A stretch of 64,000 nt of DNA from an uncultured Nitrospiraceae bacterium (GTDB lineage Bacteria; Nitrospirota; Nitrospiria; Nitrospirales; Nitrospiraceae): the NCBI GenBank assembly GCA_963706325.1, contig CAVPLT010000007.1, positions 64,001 through 128,000 of the forward strand, given 5' to 3'. The translations under genes were made by a program, and so were the position numbers. Below are positions 19,901-28,551 of this stretch, piece after piece. Under the pieces are notes generated by a model. That model was given only the letters and a program-made list of their open reading frames with translations. It was not told the origin of the DNA and ran no database searches. Position 1 is the stretch's first letter. Every line of letters begins with the position of its first letter.

Positions 19901-20194
19901 CCGGACTATGAGACAGCGGCTCTATTGTTGCAGTTGCAGCAAGACATGCTGGCCTATGTCGATGAGGCGGCGGCAGAACCCACGGTCGTGATTGGCGCTG
20001 GAGTCATCCCGTCCTGGCTCTCGCAACCGATGGTGGTGTCTGGCCTTGCGCTTCCCGGTGGTTCCGTTGATTGGCAATGGAATGGGCATGCGATGCGTGT
20101 CACTCTGCGCGGTCCATCTCGCCTGATTCGATTGGGCGCAGCCTTTCCCTCCGGCACCGAGTTCACCGTCGTACAGGGCTCACCGACTAGCTGA
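16901..20194 (+). CDS. Large multi-TM membrane protein fused to a soluble six-hairpin glycosidase-like region
   Basis: About 10 or more hydrophobic segments in the first ~430 aa; later PGDPVLFYRAWHRPGAY, EADAPGLAIWAL, NAISYRGL resemble an (alpha/alpha)6 barrel. Confidence 0.6.
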   Translation: MDTIRTAHPLHLPRKKSYVTDGPVEFSMPLAVHPSKFAERVDRTDGLLALLLGIVVGVACLVIADTIPSFLLQSIDFWFEADTLREVSNMTRVHANHYRTSVHPLFSLLTFIPVYAVRHGLSMSPVQAVLLVTSVIGGLWSGTLYVLLRLLGCRKPDAFVFTLLGVCSASALFWLPVPNSFSWGSLTIMFALVLLLLAEQRTFGAAVYVVASALTLSVTVTNWMAGLLVTLVRWPWRQAAQLSVNALCLVVLLWGVQKVIFPSAEFFIGSRGETSYINHPQAGTATNVASSFVFHSLIAPAVRFIKDDAYTQINDDSFRLSERLTFQFSSPGSAGPLGVIAVGIWSALLLNGLWRLLTLSGHVRFRLVLGLLLVSELALHMLYGEETFTYSLNFVPLLIAVAALGALSPGRPLVLGLASLLVVCAGINNWQQFRGVVESATQFTPQRTLMTSMMRSDPDRLWPRSVGHVPLAVPGTPEGGAAYHEPGGDFSPRTPSFGVSLWLCDDTGRPVVNSETVPLSEIQQKFAPSTHPQVPSIATRTPYYDATWSRLDATRWELRFKNYTTHVPAILIRSVGPAGGPVTSLIWNGAQVAVNHRWAVSATPSPGLVVLGDENAAEWMTEQVPGTSWSGESGWGYARLTFRETSAKVGDEIRVVLSDLQPQFEMKEYFPKAPERARMTLPDPRFQASMDAQITHLMMSLVDNETRPGDPVLFYRAWHRPGAYITTGLARAGDPHISRVLSTFLATHDFGGGSGAEADAPGLAIWALTESATYIADPVHDDWIWPHILRKTEWIERMLTARAPVPEPFSKPSPQNLNHGRQTRTAVLAQPTRDGLIVGRVGQEWPLLYVNAISYRGLLAAADFADRLGKRQHAVRWRTQAQALRKSWERQALPGAPDAPVSSASVSSVVPTASSRNQLGQPLPTYRPPADNRGPAGELARSHLALRSGQPQAVWATLHQLWNHQASPGLYTWDAPRPPIEDVVDGWQFARGWHNESVISPDYETAALLLQLQQDMLAYVDEAAAEPTVVIGAGVIPSWLSQPMVVSGLALPGGSVDWQWNGHAMRVTLRGPSRLIRLGAAFPSGTEFTVVQGSPTS

Positions 20195-20365
20195 GTCAGG
20201 CCCATCCACACCGCATGAACTGCCCACAGGGCCTTCTTGATTGAATATTCTGGCCCTGGCTTGGCTCACGCTGACGGTTCGAAAGGCGCCCAGAATCGCC
20301 CCTCCTGTTTGTGCCATCGCCTCGTAAATTCCGGCCGACCTTCTTGACCTATTATCATCTACAGC

Positions 20366-20395
20366 TTGACGCACTTTACTCTACAATAAGATAAT
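20366..20395 (+). promoter_or_regulatory. Putative sigma70 promoter of the TPR gene
   Basis: TTGACG-N18-GATAAT ending 23 nt before ATG 20419. Confidence 0.4.
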
Positions 20396-20418
20396 GCGCC
20401 GGTCTCAGGGGGCCGGGC

Positions 20419-21312
20419 ATGGGACGAGTCAGTCGATATGCATGCAGTACCCTTGCGCTGTGTGGCGTCTTCCTGAGCGTCGCCTGCAGCGAGCCATCCA
20501 GTGATGCCTATTGCGACGCCAGTGCCCGCGACAATCAGCAGTCCCTCCAATTCCTCAACCAGGTACTCGAACGAAAGCGCAATAACACCGGGGTCTATCT
20601 CGCGCGGGCTCGGTGTCAGTATTTCCTCGGCTCCTATGCTCAAGCCGTGCAGGATGCAAGCGAAGTCATCAGCCGATTACCGAATCAGGCGGAGGCGCAC
20701 CTCATCCGCGCCAAGGCCGGCAAAATGCTCGGCCAGATTCCCCAGGCGTTGAACGATTATACGGCGGCGATCCGCCTGCACCCCACGGCCGATGCCTACT
20801 ATGGTCGCGGTTTGACTTACCTACGGGAATTTCAGGACAAGGATCGGGAAGCGCTCGAAGATTTCACCGCCGCCATCCGTCTCGATGCCAACCATGTCGG
20901 CGCTTATAAATCCCGCGCTGAGATTTACAGCCGTCACGATCAGTTTCAGAAGGCGCTCACGGATTCCGAGGTGGTGCTCAAACTCGATCCCGCCACGCCT
21001 CACGCCTACTGCAACGTCGGCTTTGCGCACTATGCGCTGGGTCACGACGGCGAAGGCCGCAACTTCCTCAATACCTGTTATCAGAAAGATCCTGAACCTC
21101 AAACGTGCGGGTACTACGAAACCGAAATCCGCAAAGTGCTCCTCGCGCGGCAGCCGAGATGGAACCGCGGCGGGGGGTATGCATCAGAGGCGCGTGAAAA
21201 GACGCCGCTCGATCGGGAACGCGAATACCAGCACAACTCGTATGAGAGTTTGAGGAATTCGGGATTTAATGATCGTGCGGAGGCCTGCCGGACGGATGGG
21301 TCGAAATGTTGA
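20419..21312 (+). CDS. Tetratricopeptide repeat (TPR) lipoprotein
   Basis: Lipobox SVAC; repeated AYYGRG / ALNDYTAAIRL TPR units. Confidence 0.85.
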   Translation: MGRVSRYACSTLALCGVFLSVACSEPSSDAYCDASARDNQQSLQFLNQVLERKRNNTGVYLARARCQYFLGSYAQAVQDASEVISRLPNQAEAHLIRAKAGKMLGQIPQALNDYTAAIRLHPTADAYYGRGLTYLREFQDKDREALEDFTAAIRLDANHVGAYKSRAEIYSRHDQFQKALTDSEVVLKLDPATPHAYCNVGFAHYALGHDGEGRNFLNTCYQKDPEPQTCGYYETEIRKVLLARQPRWNRGGGYASEAREKTPLDREREYQHNSYESLRNSGFNDRAEACRTDGSKC

Positions 21313-21313
21313 G

Positions 21314-21412
21314 AGGGGGGCGGCGTGATCCCGTTCCCTTGCTCCCGGAACGCGCGCCCTCAGAAGGGCCTCGTTCGACGCGCGCAGTTGGAAACGAGGT
21401 CACGCCACCCCT
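21314..21412. repeat. Palindromic intergenic repeat, family B
   Basis: Ends AGGGGGGCGGCGTGATCCCGTTCC and GGAAACGAGGTCACGCCACCCCT pair; the internal CGCGC...GCGCGCAGT core recurs at ~21433-21470 and ~52878-52915. Confidence 0.65.
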
Positions 21413-21596
21413 TGAGGAAAAGGGTAACAGGCCGCGCACCATAGCACTGTGCTCGGCCCATGCGCGCAGTGAAGCTTAGCTACTTCTTTCGGCAAGCAGG
21501 GTAAGGAAGTTAGGCTTTTCATCCAGCGAGATCAACGAATGCTTCGGTATTTACGGCAAGGTTGCTAGAGCATAAGACAAATGCGGGGCGCATTTT

Positions 21597-22127
21597 GTGG
21601 AAAGAGTTAGAGTTGAAAAGCCGGCGGGTATCGAGTTAGCGGATGTCTCAAGTCTTCCAGAAGGCAACAGGCCTGAATACTACGCTGCAAAACAATTTCT
21701 GGAAATTTTCAACCGAGATCGTCAAGTGCCGTATGAGATTGATCTGCTTCAGGATTGTCCCGACGTGGCTTGTACGCCAGCGCCATTCTATATTGAGGTC
21801 GCAACCGTTTTTGATACCCCGACTGATGCGTCCAAGCTACTTGGCAGAGGTGAGGGAGTCGGCGATCTTCGTGAAATTCATGCAGCAATTCGACAAGTAA
21901 AGGGCATTCTAAGAGACAAAGCTTCAAAGAGATATGGGGTCGTCAATTGTATTCTGGTGATTCGGCATGGAGTTCCTATTTTCACTGGTCGAGACTTTCG
22001 TCGCTTTGTGGATAAGTTTATTATTCCCAAAACTCACGGCTTCGACGAGATTTATCTCCTGACGTTTCTTGAAACGAATGGATTGCTCACAGTGGGAGGG
22101 GACCTTCTTCGTCTTTTCCCTACTTGA
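21597..22127 (+). CDS. Hypothetical protein, AT-richer than flanks (possible PD-(D/E)xK-like fold)
   Basis: 176-aa ORF; QDCPDV...YIEVAT; visibly lower GC than neighbours. Confidence 0.55.
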   Translation: MERVRVEKPAGIELADVSSLPEGNRPEYYAAKQFLEIFNRDRQVPYEIDLLQDCPDVACTPAPFYIEVATVFDTPTDASKLLGRGEGVGDLREIHAAIRQVKGILRDKASKRYGVVNCILVIRHGVPIFTGRDFRRFVDKFIIPKTHGFDEIYLLTFLETNGLLTVGGDLLRLFPT

Positions 22128-22322
22128 GAGGCAATGAAAAGGGAACAGCATTCTTCGGTGGAAGATCCCACATGGCCGATCCTCTCTAGAGATGTCGGCA
22201 TGAATGAAATTTTTCAAAGTCTTTAATGCTGCCGGTCAGGGAGGAGAATTGATCGCTCCTGCCTCGATCTGTCATCTGCTATAAACAATATAACTAGACC
22301 GGGCTGGAGGCGCGAACCTCGG

Positions 22323-22352
22323 TTGACAGTAGCCCGTAGCAATCGGTAGGCT
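22323..22352 (+). promoter_or_regulatory. Putative sigma70 promoter
   Basis: TTGACA-N18-TAGGCT upstream of ORF 22361. Confidence 0.5.
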
Positions 22353-22360
22353 AAAAAACT

Positions 22361-22672
22361 GTGGGAGGGCTAACGATGGCACTTCTTCTCGCGTGTTACA
22401 TCATCTTTTCTTCAGTGATTCCTGCATCAGCGTTAGAGGGTTCTCAAACCACCGCGGCCTTGGTCATCAAGGCCGATGTCTTGTACTGGGAAGAGGGGGA
22501 ATTGATTGTCAAGGAATTCTCCGGCCACGAAGAGCGTCTGAAAGTGACCGCCGAAACAAAAATCGAGGGCGTGGTGGCCGGACGACTGAAAACCGGCGAC
22601 AAAATCGTCGCCCAGATTACGGACGATCGGCGCGCGCTGGTCATCACCTTACAGGTTCCGGACGCGAAGTAG
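22361..22672 (+). CDS. Small exported OB-fold-like (DUF5666-like) protein
   Basis: Signal peptide; LKVTAETKIEG...LKTGDKIVAQ. Confidence 0.6.
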   Translation: MGGLTMALLLACYIIFSSVIPASALEGSQTTAALVIKADVLYWEEGELIVKEFSGHEERLKVTAETKIEGVVAGRLKTGDKIVAQITDDRRALVITLQVPDAK

Positions 22673-22806
22673 CGGCATCCCAGCCGTCCCGCGCTACATG
22701 CTGCGCTATCCGCATCGGCTGTTATGTATCTTCGCCGCCTATTTTCATTAGACTTCGGCTCCCATCGGACCGAGACTGAACTGCGGGTCACTCGAATGTT
22801 ACTTGT

Positions 22807-22926
22807 AGGACGTTAAGAATAGCCGTCCAGCGCGGCCGCAGCGAGTGAAGGGTCGAGGCGTACCCGCTGGGTACGTTGAGGGCCTAAACGATCAGAGAAC
22901 AAAGCTCGCGGGCTTTTGCAACATCC
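22807..22926. repeat. Palindromic intergenic repeat, family A (REP/MITE-like), copy 1
   Basis: AGGACGTTAAGAATAGCCGTCCAGCGCGGCCGCAGC...GAGGCGTACC...GGTACGTTGAG...GAGAACAAAGCTCGCGGGCTTTTGCAACATCC; similar to 32988 and 48422. Confidence 0.75.
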
Positions 22927-22928
22927 GT

Positions 22929-23651
22929 TTAGTCGAGTATCGAGAACGCGGCGACGAAGTACGGCCCCTTCGCAGCTTGCGCGCCTCTGATCCGCACCTC
23001 CGTGACATCATACACCCACCCGCCGACCAGCCAAGGATTGGGAGCCAGGTCTGACCAGTACCACCAGCTGCCATCCGTCTTTCTGAACCAGAATTGAATG
23101 GGCTCGGTTCCCGTGACTCTGATGATCGGCAAGTCGAAGACCCGTGGCTGGTGCGTCACTCGATCTTCCATCCAGATCTTAATCCAGTGATCCTTTCCAT
23201 GCGCGCCGAGCGTCCTTGGCTCATGGATCCAATCGGCCGCCACACAGTCATCTCCCACGGGCCGTCCATATCCTGCTCCTGGTCCGTCACCGGGATCGAC
23301 GAAGCAGGGCGTGAGCAGGCTCGGGCTCTCGAAGGTCAAATGGATGTGGCCGTAGGTCATGTCGTCCACATTGATGTAGTTGCTGAAGCAGCGATGACGG
23401 TAGGTCCAGCAGGCCTGGTGTGTGGACGGATCGCAGACCTCCAGGTCTCCGGATGCATTGATGCCGGTGGAGACGCCAAAGTTGCCGCGAGCCTGCCCAT
23501 AGATGTTGGTCAGGGCGAACGTATTATCGAAATCGACAAGACAGTCGCCGAGCCAATTGTGAGCCTCGGCAGGCGGAGCCGCTAGGAGCAGCCCGCTGAA
23601 CGCCACCGTCAGGCACAGCGTCGCCAGTGTGCCGATTCGTTTCTGGTTCAT
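22929..23651 (-). CDS. Hypothetical secreted protein, Cys/His/Trp-rich
   Basis: AAAGGA RBS; signal peptide ending AEA|H; six Cys in the mature part. Confidence 0.75.
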   Translation of the reverse strand: MNQKRIGTLATLCLTVAFSGLLLAAPPAEAHNWLGDCLVDFDNTFALTNIYGQARGNFGVSTGINASGDLEVCDPSTHQACWTYRHRCFSNYINVDDMTYGHIHLTFESPSLLTPCFVDPGDGPGAGYGRPVGDDCVAADWIHEPRTLGAHGKDHWIKIWMEDRVTHQPRVFDLPIIRVTGTEPIQFWFRKTDGSWWYWSDLAPNPWLVGGWVYDVTEVRIRGAQAAKGPYFVAAFSILD

Positions 23652-23717
23652 GGTGTATTCCTTTCATGCTGTGATCTGAAAACCGCCTAATGGGCCGCCT
23701 GGTCCCGAGTCACGTGG

Positions 23718-24077
23718 TCACTTGATGACCGCGCCGGGCGCCGCTGCCTCCCGCAACCGTTGAAACGCCTGATTCCGCTCGACCTCCGGCAGAAGGAGGG
23801 CCGCATGGTGATATCGATCCACCAGGCGCTGCTTCTGCCGGAAGTTTGTGGCTTGTGTAATCTGTGTCAGTAGCCCCTCGAGGTCGACGCGCTCGGAGGG
23901 AATGTGCTGAGGCCGTGAGGACTCCGCCAACATGGCGCGCACTTCTTCGTCGCTCGCTTGACGAGGACCCTGCACGGTTTGTCCGGCTTCGCCGAGCGGC
24001 CCGCCCGGCACGAATTGGTGAGGCGGAGGAGGGACGCATCCAAATGAAACCATCATGCAGAGCAGGAGCCATCGCAT
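23718..24077 (-). CDS. Hypothetical lipoprotein
   Basis: MRWLLLCMMVSFGC lipobox-like signal within ORF 23718..24338; start uncertain. Confidence 0.55.
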   Translation of the reverse strand: MRWLLLCMMVSFGCVPPPPHQFVPGGPLGEAGQTVQGPRQASDEEVRAMLAESSRPQHIPSERVDLEGLLTQITQATNFRQKQRLVDRYHHAALLLPEVERNQAFQRLREAAAPGAVIK

Positions 24078-24436
24078 TGGTCGCCCCGCGTGGCGGAGTT
24101 GAGGCCTATATGAACCAGCATGCATCATGACCTCCTGTTCATTCTGTTCTCGACTGACGCTGTCAGGCGCCTGTGTTCGTGTGGCGATTCCACCAATCGG
24201 GAAAAGCAAACTTTGCGCCATTCCTAAGTCCAGGATGTATCCGCGCGAAATAACAATCGCTTGGACGTCTGCTGGCAACATCACCTGGGGCATGATGCTG
24301 AGGCGGGTATCAGAGTAGATACAGACTACGTATCCCATTCGATACTGGTGAGTAAGCGGCGGAGTGTGAGGGATCGACAGTCAAATGGCAGATGGCATAG
24401 TCTAAGTGTCTTTCTGATAGCCGAGTGGGACAGAAG

Positions 24437-24907
24437 ATGGGCTCCAAAAAACTCAGCGCGGGGATTGTGCTCTACCGACTGTGTCACGAGGAGATCGAAG
24501 TCTTTCTCGTTCATCCCGGTGGGCCGTTCTGGGTCAAGAAAGATGCGGGCGCCTGGTCGATTCCGAAGGGCGAGTATGAGACCGGAGAAGAGCCGCTCAC
24601 GGTCGCCAAGCGAGAGTTTCAGGAGGAAACCGGCTTTCCAGTCAAAGGGACCTGTCATCCACTGACCGCGTTGAAACAACCGAGCGGAAAAGTGGTCTCG
24701 GCCTGGGCGGTAAAAGGGGACGTAGATGCCGCCGCCTTGACGAGTAATACCTTCACGCTGGAATGGCCTCCTAAGTCCGGCAGAACCCGGGAGTTCCCAG
24801 AGGTGGATCGCGGAGGCTGGTTCGATCTGTCGACGGCGCGAGCCAAAATACAGGCGGGCCAGCGGGGCTTTCTGGATCAGCTTGAGCAGTGGAGACAGGG
24901 CATGTGA
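24437..24907 (+). CDS. NUDIX hydrolase
   Basis: LVHPGGPFW, WSIPKGEYETGEEPLTVAKREFQEETG Nudix box, FPEVDR. Confidence 0.92.
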   Translation: MGSKKLSAGIVLYRLCHEEIEVFLVHPGGPFWVKKDAGAWSIPKGEYETGEEPLTVAKREFQEETGFPVKGTCHPLTALKQPSGKVVSAWAVKGDVDAAALTSNTFTLEWPPKSGRTREFPEVDRGGWFDLSTARAKIQAGQRGFLDQLEQWRQGM

Positions 24908-24934
24908 GATGTCATCGATCAGATATCCACTCAG

Positions 24935-24963
24935 TTGACTCCATCGCAGCGGCTGAGTAGCTT
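24935..24963 (+). promoter_or_regulatory. Putative sigma70 promoter of the O-methyltransferase gene
   Basis: TTGACT-N17-TAGCTT. Confidence 0.5.
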
Positions 24964-24997
24964 GGTTGTTTCCCTAACATGCACGTCCTAAAAGGAG

Positions 24998-26029
24998 ATG
25001 CCGACTATGCCGACTCAGAACCAGGCTGGAGGTCCCACGCCTGAATTATTTTTTCAGACGGCCAATGCCTATCAGCGCTCCCACGCACTCAAGGCAGCCA
25101 TCGATTTGGATCTGTTCACCGCCATTGCGGAAGGCAAGGATACTGTCCCAGTCCTCGCCGAACGCTGTGGTGCGGCGGCGCGAGGGATCCGGATCCTGGC
25201 AGATTTTCTGACGATTCAGGGGCTCGTGACCAAAGAAAACAACTGCTACAGACTCACGCCGGATTCCGCACTCTTTTTGGATCGAAAATCTCCCGCTTAT
25301 CTAGGGTCTGCGTTGGGCTTTCTCCATGCGCCTAAGTTTACGGAGGCATTTCAAAATCTTACCGATGCCGTCCGCAAGGGAGGCACCGTCTCAGGCGAGG
25401 CCGGAACCGTAGCCCCCGAACATCCTCTCTGGGTAGAGTTTGCCAAGTCCATGATTCCTCTGATGGCCAAACCGGCACAGGAGATCGCGCTGCTGGTGCA
25501 GCAGATTCGGCCGGCGGTGAAACAAGTCTTGGACATCGCGGCGGGGCATGGGCTCTTTGGAATCGAAATAGCAAAACGTTGTCCGACTGCGGAGATTGTG
25601 GCGCTCGATTGGCCCAATGTGCTCGCCGTGGCGCAGGGGTTTGCCCGTCAGGCCGCGGTGCAGGACCGCTACCGGGTGATCGCCGGTGACGCGTTTCAAC
25701 AGGATTTGGGAAGCGGCTACGATCTGGTGCTGCTGACAAATTTCCTCCATCATTTCTCCTTGGCCGGCTGCGAAACGCTGCTCCGCAAGATCCACCGCTG
25801 CCTTGCGCCGGGCGGACGTGTGATCACGTTAGAGTTCGTGCCCAATGACGATCGAGTGTCGCCGCCCATGGTCGCTGAATTCAGCCTGATCATGTTGGCG
25901 ACAACACCGGAAGGGGATGCCTACACGGTGAAGGAATACGAACAGGTTTTCCGAGCAGCGGGTTTTTCACGAACTGAACTACAAACCCTGCCAGGCTCCA
26001 TGGAACAGGTGCTAGTCTCTTTCAAATAG
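24998..26029 (+). CDS. O-methyltransferase (dimerisation domain + Methyltransf_2)
   Basis: LKAAIDLDLFT, VLDIAAGHG, GDAF, NFLHHF, LAPGG. Confidence 0.9.
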   Translation: MPTMPTQNQAGGPTPELFFQTANAYQRSHALKAAIDLDLFTAIAEGKDTVPVLAERCGAAARGIRILADFLTIQGLVTKENNCYRLTPDSALFLDRKSPAYLGSALGFLHAPKFTEAFQNLTDAVRKGGTVSGEAGTVAPEHPLWVEFAKSMIPLMAKPAQEIALLVQQIRPAVKQVLDIAAGHGLFGIEIAKRCPTAEIVALDWPNVLAVAQGFARQAAVQDRYRVIAGDAFQQDLGSGYDLVLLTNFLHHFSLAGCETLLRKIHRCLAPGGRVITLEFVPNDDRVSPPMVAEFSLIMLATTPEGDAYTVKEYEQVFRAAGFSRTELQTLPGSMEQVLVSFK

Positions 26030-26051
26030 CAAAGGGGGGGCGGCGGCGTCT

Positions 26052-26698
26052 TTATTGGGGAGACGCAAAATGCGTTGCGAGTTCGGCCCGGGTCGTGACA
26101 CGTGTTCGCTTTGCGAGGCGTTTCAGGTCGTCGACCTTCGATCCAAAGGAACCGCTCGCGACGACTACCTCTCTTCGGTGGCGGGCGATTAACAGAGAAT
26201 GCAGCTGAGTACGACTCTGTAGAGACGGGGCAATTCCAGAGATCGCTGCCTCAAATTCGACGGCATCCTTTTCGGTATCCCAGCTCGTAAGCCAGGCCAT
26301 CTCACGCCCGTTCTTGCATTCAGCGGCAATCCATCGGTCCCCATCCCATCCATCCCATACCCTTTGTGTTACCGTTGAGTCGAGATCAAGAAGCCACAAC
26401 GACAGCGTGAGTTCTCCATCGTATCTTGACAGAGCAGGCGGCACCCTTCCGTTTCGACCAGTCGTGCAAACTTGGACAGATCGATAACCTGAAAATCGCG
26501 TCTTCCCTGACTTTCGACGTGGAGGATCTGTTCCGTCGATGCGGGAGGTGACTCTAATCCTTCCTTCCCCTCGTGATAAGCAAATCGGTAACCATGTATT
26601 CGTCTCAACGGACCTTTCTTCATTTCTCGTGTGATGACTCTGATTCCGTTCTCGATCGATGCCGAGCCCGGAGTGTTTGGGGCGGCACTGAAGCCCAC
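26052..26698 (-). pseudogene. Frameshifted, 5'-truncated remnant of a PPxSTEQILH / GWxGD family surface protein
   Basis: PPASTEQILH...QDTM in one frame and GELTLSLWL...GWDGDRW...WDTEKDAVEFE in the next; restoring one G at ~26416 gives DTMGEL. Confidence 0.65.
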
Positions 26699-26870
26699 CA
26701 GGAATGATCAGATCAATGACATTCTGGAGTGGAGCGACGGACGATTACGTTGAGACATACGGGCGAGCGGTCAGAAGCATTTCCACCTCAGCTCGATCCT
26801 AAAACAACGGCCACGAAAGCAGTCGACAAATAGGGAGTCGTGTCACCCCTATCTTCTGGAGGCCTAATCC

Positions 26871-28415
26871 TTACGTCGTCGTTCCGGTTCTCGTGGCTTC
26901 GACAAACTGCTCGGTGGAATCGTCCAAGAGGCGGCCCTTGCGGCCTTGAGCGCGATGGATGTACAGCAGCTCGTGGTTGATGTCTCGGGAATGCGTGGGC
27001 GGAAGGGGCATCTGATAGGCGACTGGTTGGGCGTGATCGGCCATTTGGAGACGAGGGTCATACAGGCTGTTAAATTTCCAGAGCATCTTGACGAAATTGG
27101 TTTGACCACGCAGCAGATGTCCGGCAGCGATCCGTGCCGTCGACTTCAAGGCTCTCCATCCCAAATGTTTCTGATTTAAGATCTGCTGCGTCTTGACCAA
27201 CTCAGCATAAAATTCCGGCAGGGACAGTGTCGTCGGCAGGACGGCATGCTGTATGTCATAGAGGCGGTAGTCTCTGGTTGTCGCACGTCTGGCTTCCGTA
27301 TGCCAGGACTCCGTGCCGGGATAGGGCGTATTCACGCTGATGTTCACGATCTCAGGAATCTCCAGGCACCATTGGCGAACGATCTCGAACCGGCGTCTAT
27401 CCCACCCCGGATCGGCGATCAAATTGATCGCGACCGTGATGCCGAGCGAGCGGGCAAATTCGAGCGCTTCAAAATTTTTTCCGATGGTGGTGCGTTTGCG
27501 ATGGAGTGCGAGCCCTTCTTCATCGATGGCTTCGATTCCGATAAACATGTAGGCGAGGCCCAGCCGCTTCCATAAGTGAAACACTTCTTTGTTGCGAAGC
27601 AGGACATCGCCCCTCGTCTCTAAATAATACTGTTTCTTGATGCCGCGTCGAGCAATGGCTTCGCCGATCGCCATTCCCTGTTTGGCTTGAATAAAAGCGA
27701 CGTCATCAACGATGAATATGCCCGGCTCTCGCACGGAGGCCAGATCCTCTACGATTTTTTCAGGGCTCGCCGCTCGATAACTTCGACCATAGAAGGTCCA
27801 GGCGCTGCAGAACGAGCAATCCCACGGGCAGCCGCGTGTAAATTCTATCGAAGCACAGGGATCGAGCACGCCGATGAAATATTTGCGTCGATGACGCAAT
27901 AGATCTCGTGTCGGGTGAAAGTCATCCAAACTGGTGATCATCTTTGCCGGTGGGCCTTGGCCGTCTACTGTGACTGTGCCGGGAACGTACGCGAGCGCCG
28001 ATCGATCCTCTTCAATGGCCATCAACAGCGGGCCGATGGCACCTTCCCCCTCGCCTTTCAAGACACAGTCGATGGCCCCGCCTGCATGTTCCAACAGGGC
28101 CTCTGCGACGAACGATGCGCTATGCCCCCCGACGAAGACCACGCTATTCGGCAGCTGTTGCTTGGTGAGTTTTGCCAGATCCACGATTTCGGGCACATTG
28201 GCCAAATAGTTACAGGAAAATCCGATCGCCTCCGGGCGGCGCTCGTGAAGGAGGGTGAGGAATTGTTCATGCGACTCCACTTGCAGATCAATCAGCATGA
28301 CCTGATGACCGGCTTGACGAGCTGCGGCCGCGACGAGTTCGAGCCCCAGCGGCTCGAGTCGGAGATAAATCTTGGTGTACAACAACGGACTGGGATGGAC
28401 GAGAAGCAGATTCAT
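26871..28415 (-). CDS. hpnR: Hopanoid C-3 methylase (B12-binding radical SAM)
   Basis: VHPSPLLYTKIYLRLEPLGLE N-terminus, GGHSASF B12 motif, RGCPWDCSFC, C-terminal GQTNFVKMLWKFN. Confidence 0.88.
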   Translation of the reverse strand: MNLLLVHPSPLLYTKIYLRLEPLGLELVAAAARQAGHQVMLIDLQVESHEQFLTLLHERRPEAIGFSCNYLANVPEIVDLAKLTKQQLPNSVVFVGGHSASFVAEALLEHAGGAIDCVLKGEGEGAIGPLLMAIEEDRSALAYVPGTVTVDGQGPPAKMITSLDDFHPTRDLLRHRRKYFIGVLDPCASIEFTRGCPWDCSFCSAWTFYGRSYRAASPEKIVEDLASVREPGIFIVDDVAFIQAKQGMAIGEAIARRGIKKQYYLETRGDVLLRNKEVFHLWKRLGLAYMFIGIEAIDEEGLALHRKRTTIGKNFEALEFARSLGITVAINLIADPGWDRRRFEIVRQWCLEIPEIVNISVNTPYPGTESWHTEARRATTRDYRLYDIQHAVLPTTLSLPEFYAELVKTQQILNQKHLGWRALKSTARIAAGHLLRGQTNFVKMLWKFNSLYDPRLQMADHAQPVAYQMPLPPTHSRDINHELLYIHRAQGRKGRLLDDSTEQFVEATRTGTTT

Positions 28416-28551
28416 ACAGCACCTCCGTCGTGGCTGTTAGGGATGGAAGTTTGTCTCCTAGGGAGAGCGCTCCCACCGCTATCAGGAAAGAGGAAATATG
28501 AAATTCGTTCCAGTATGAATCGGTAGAGGTGCGATGTCTAGCCTGCTCAGG

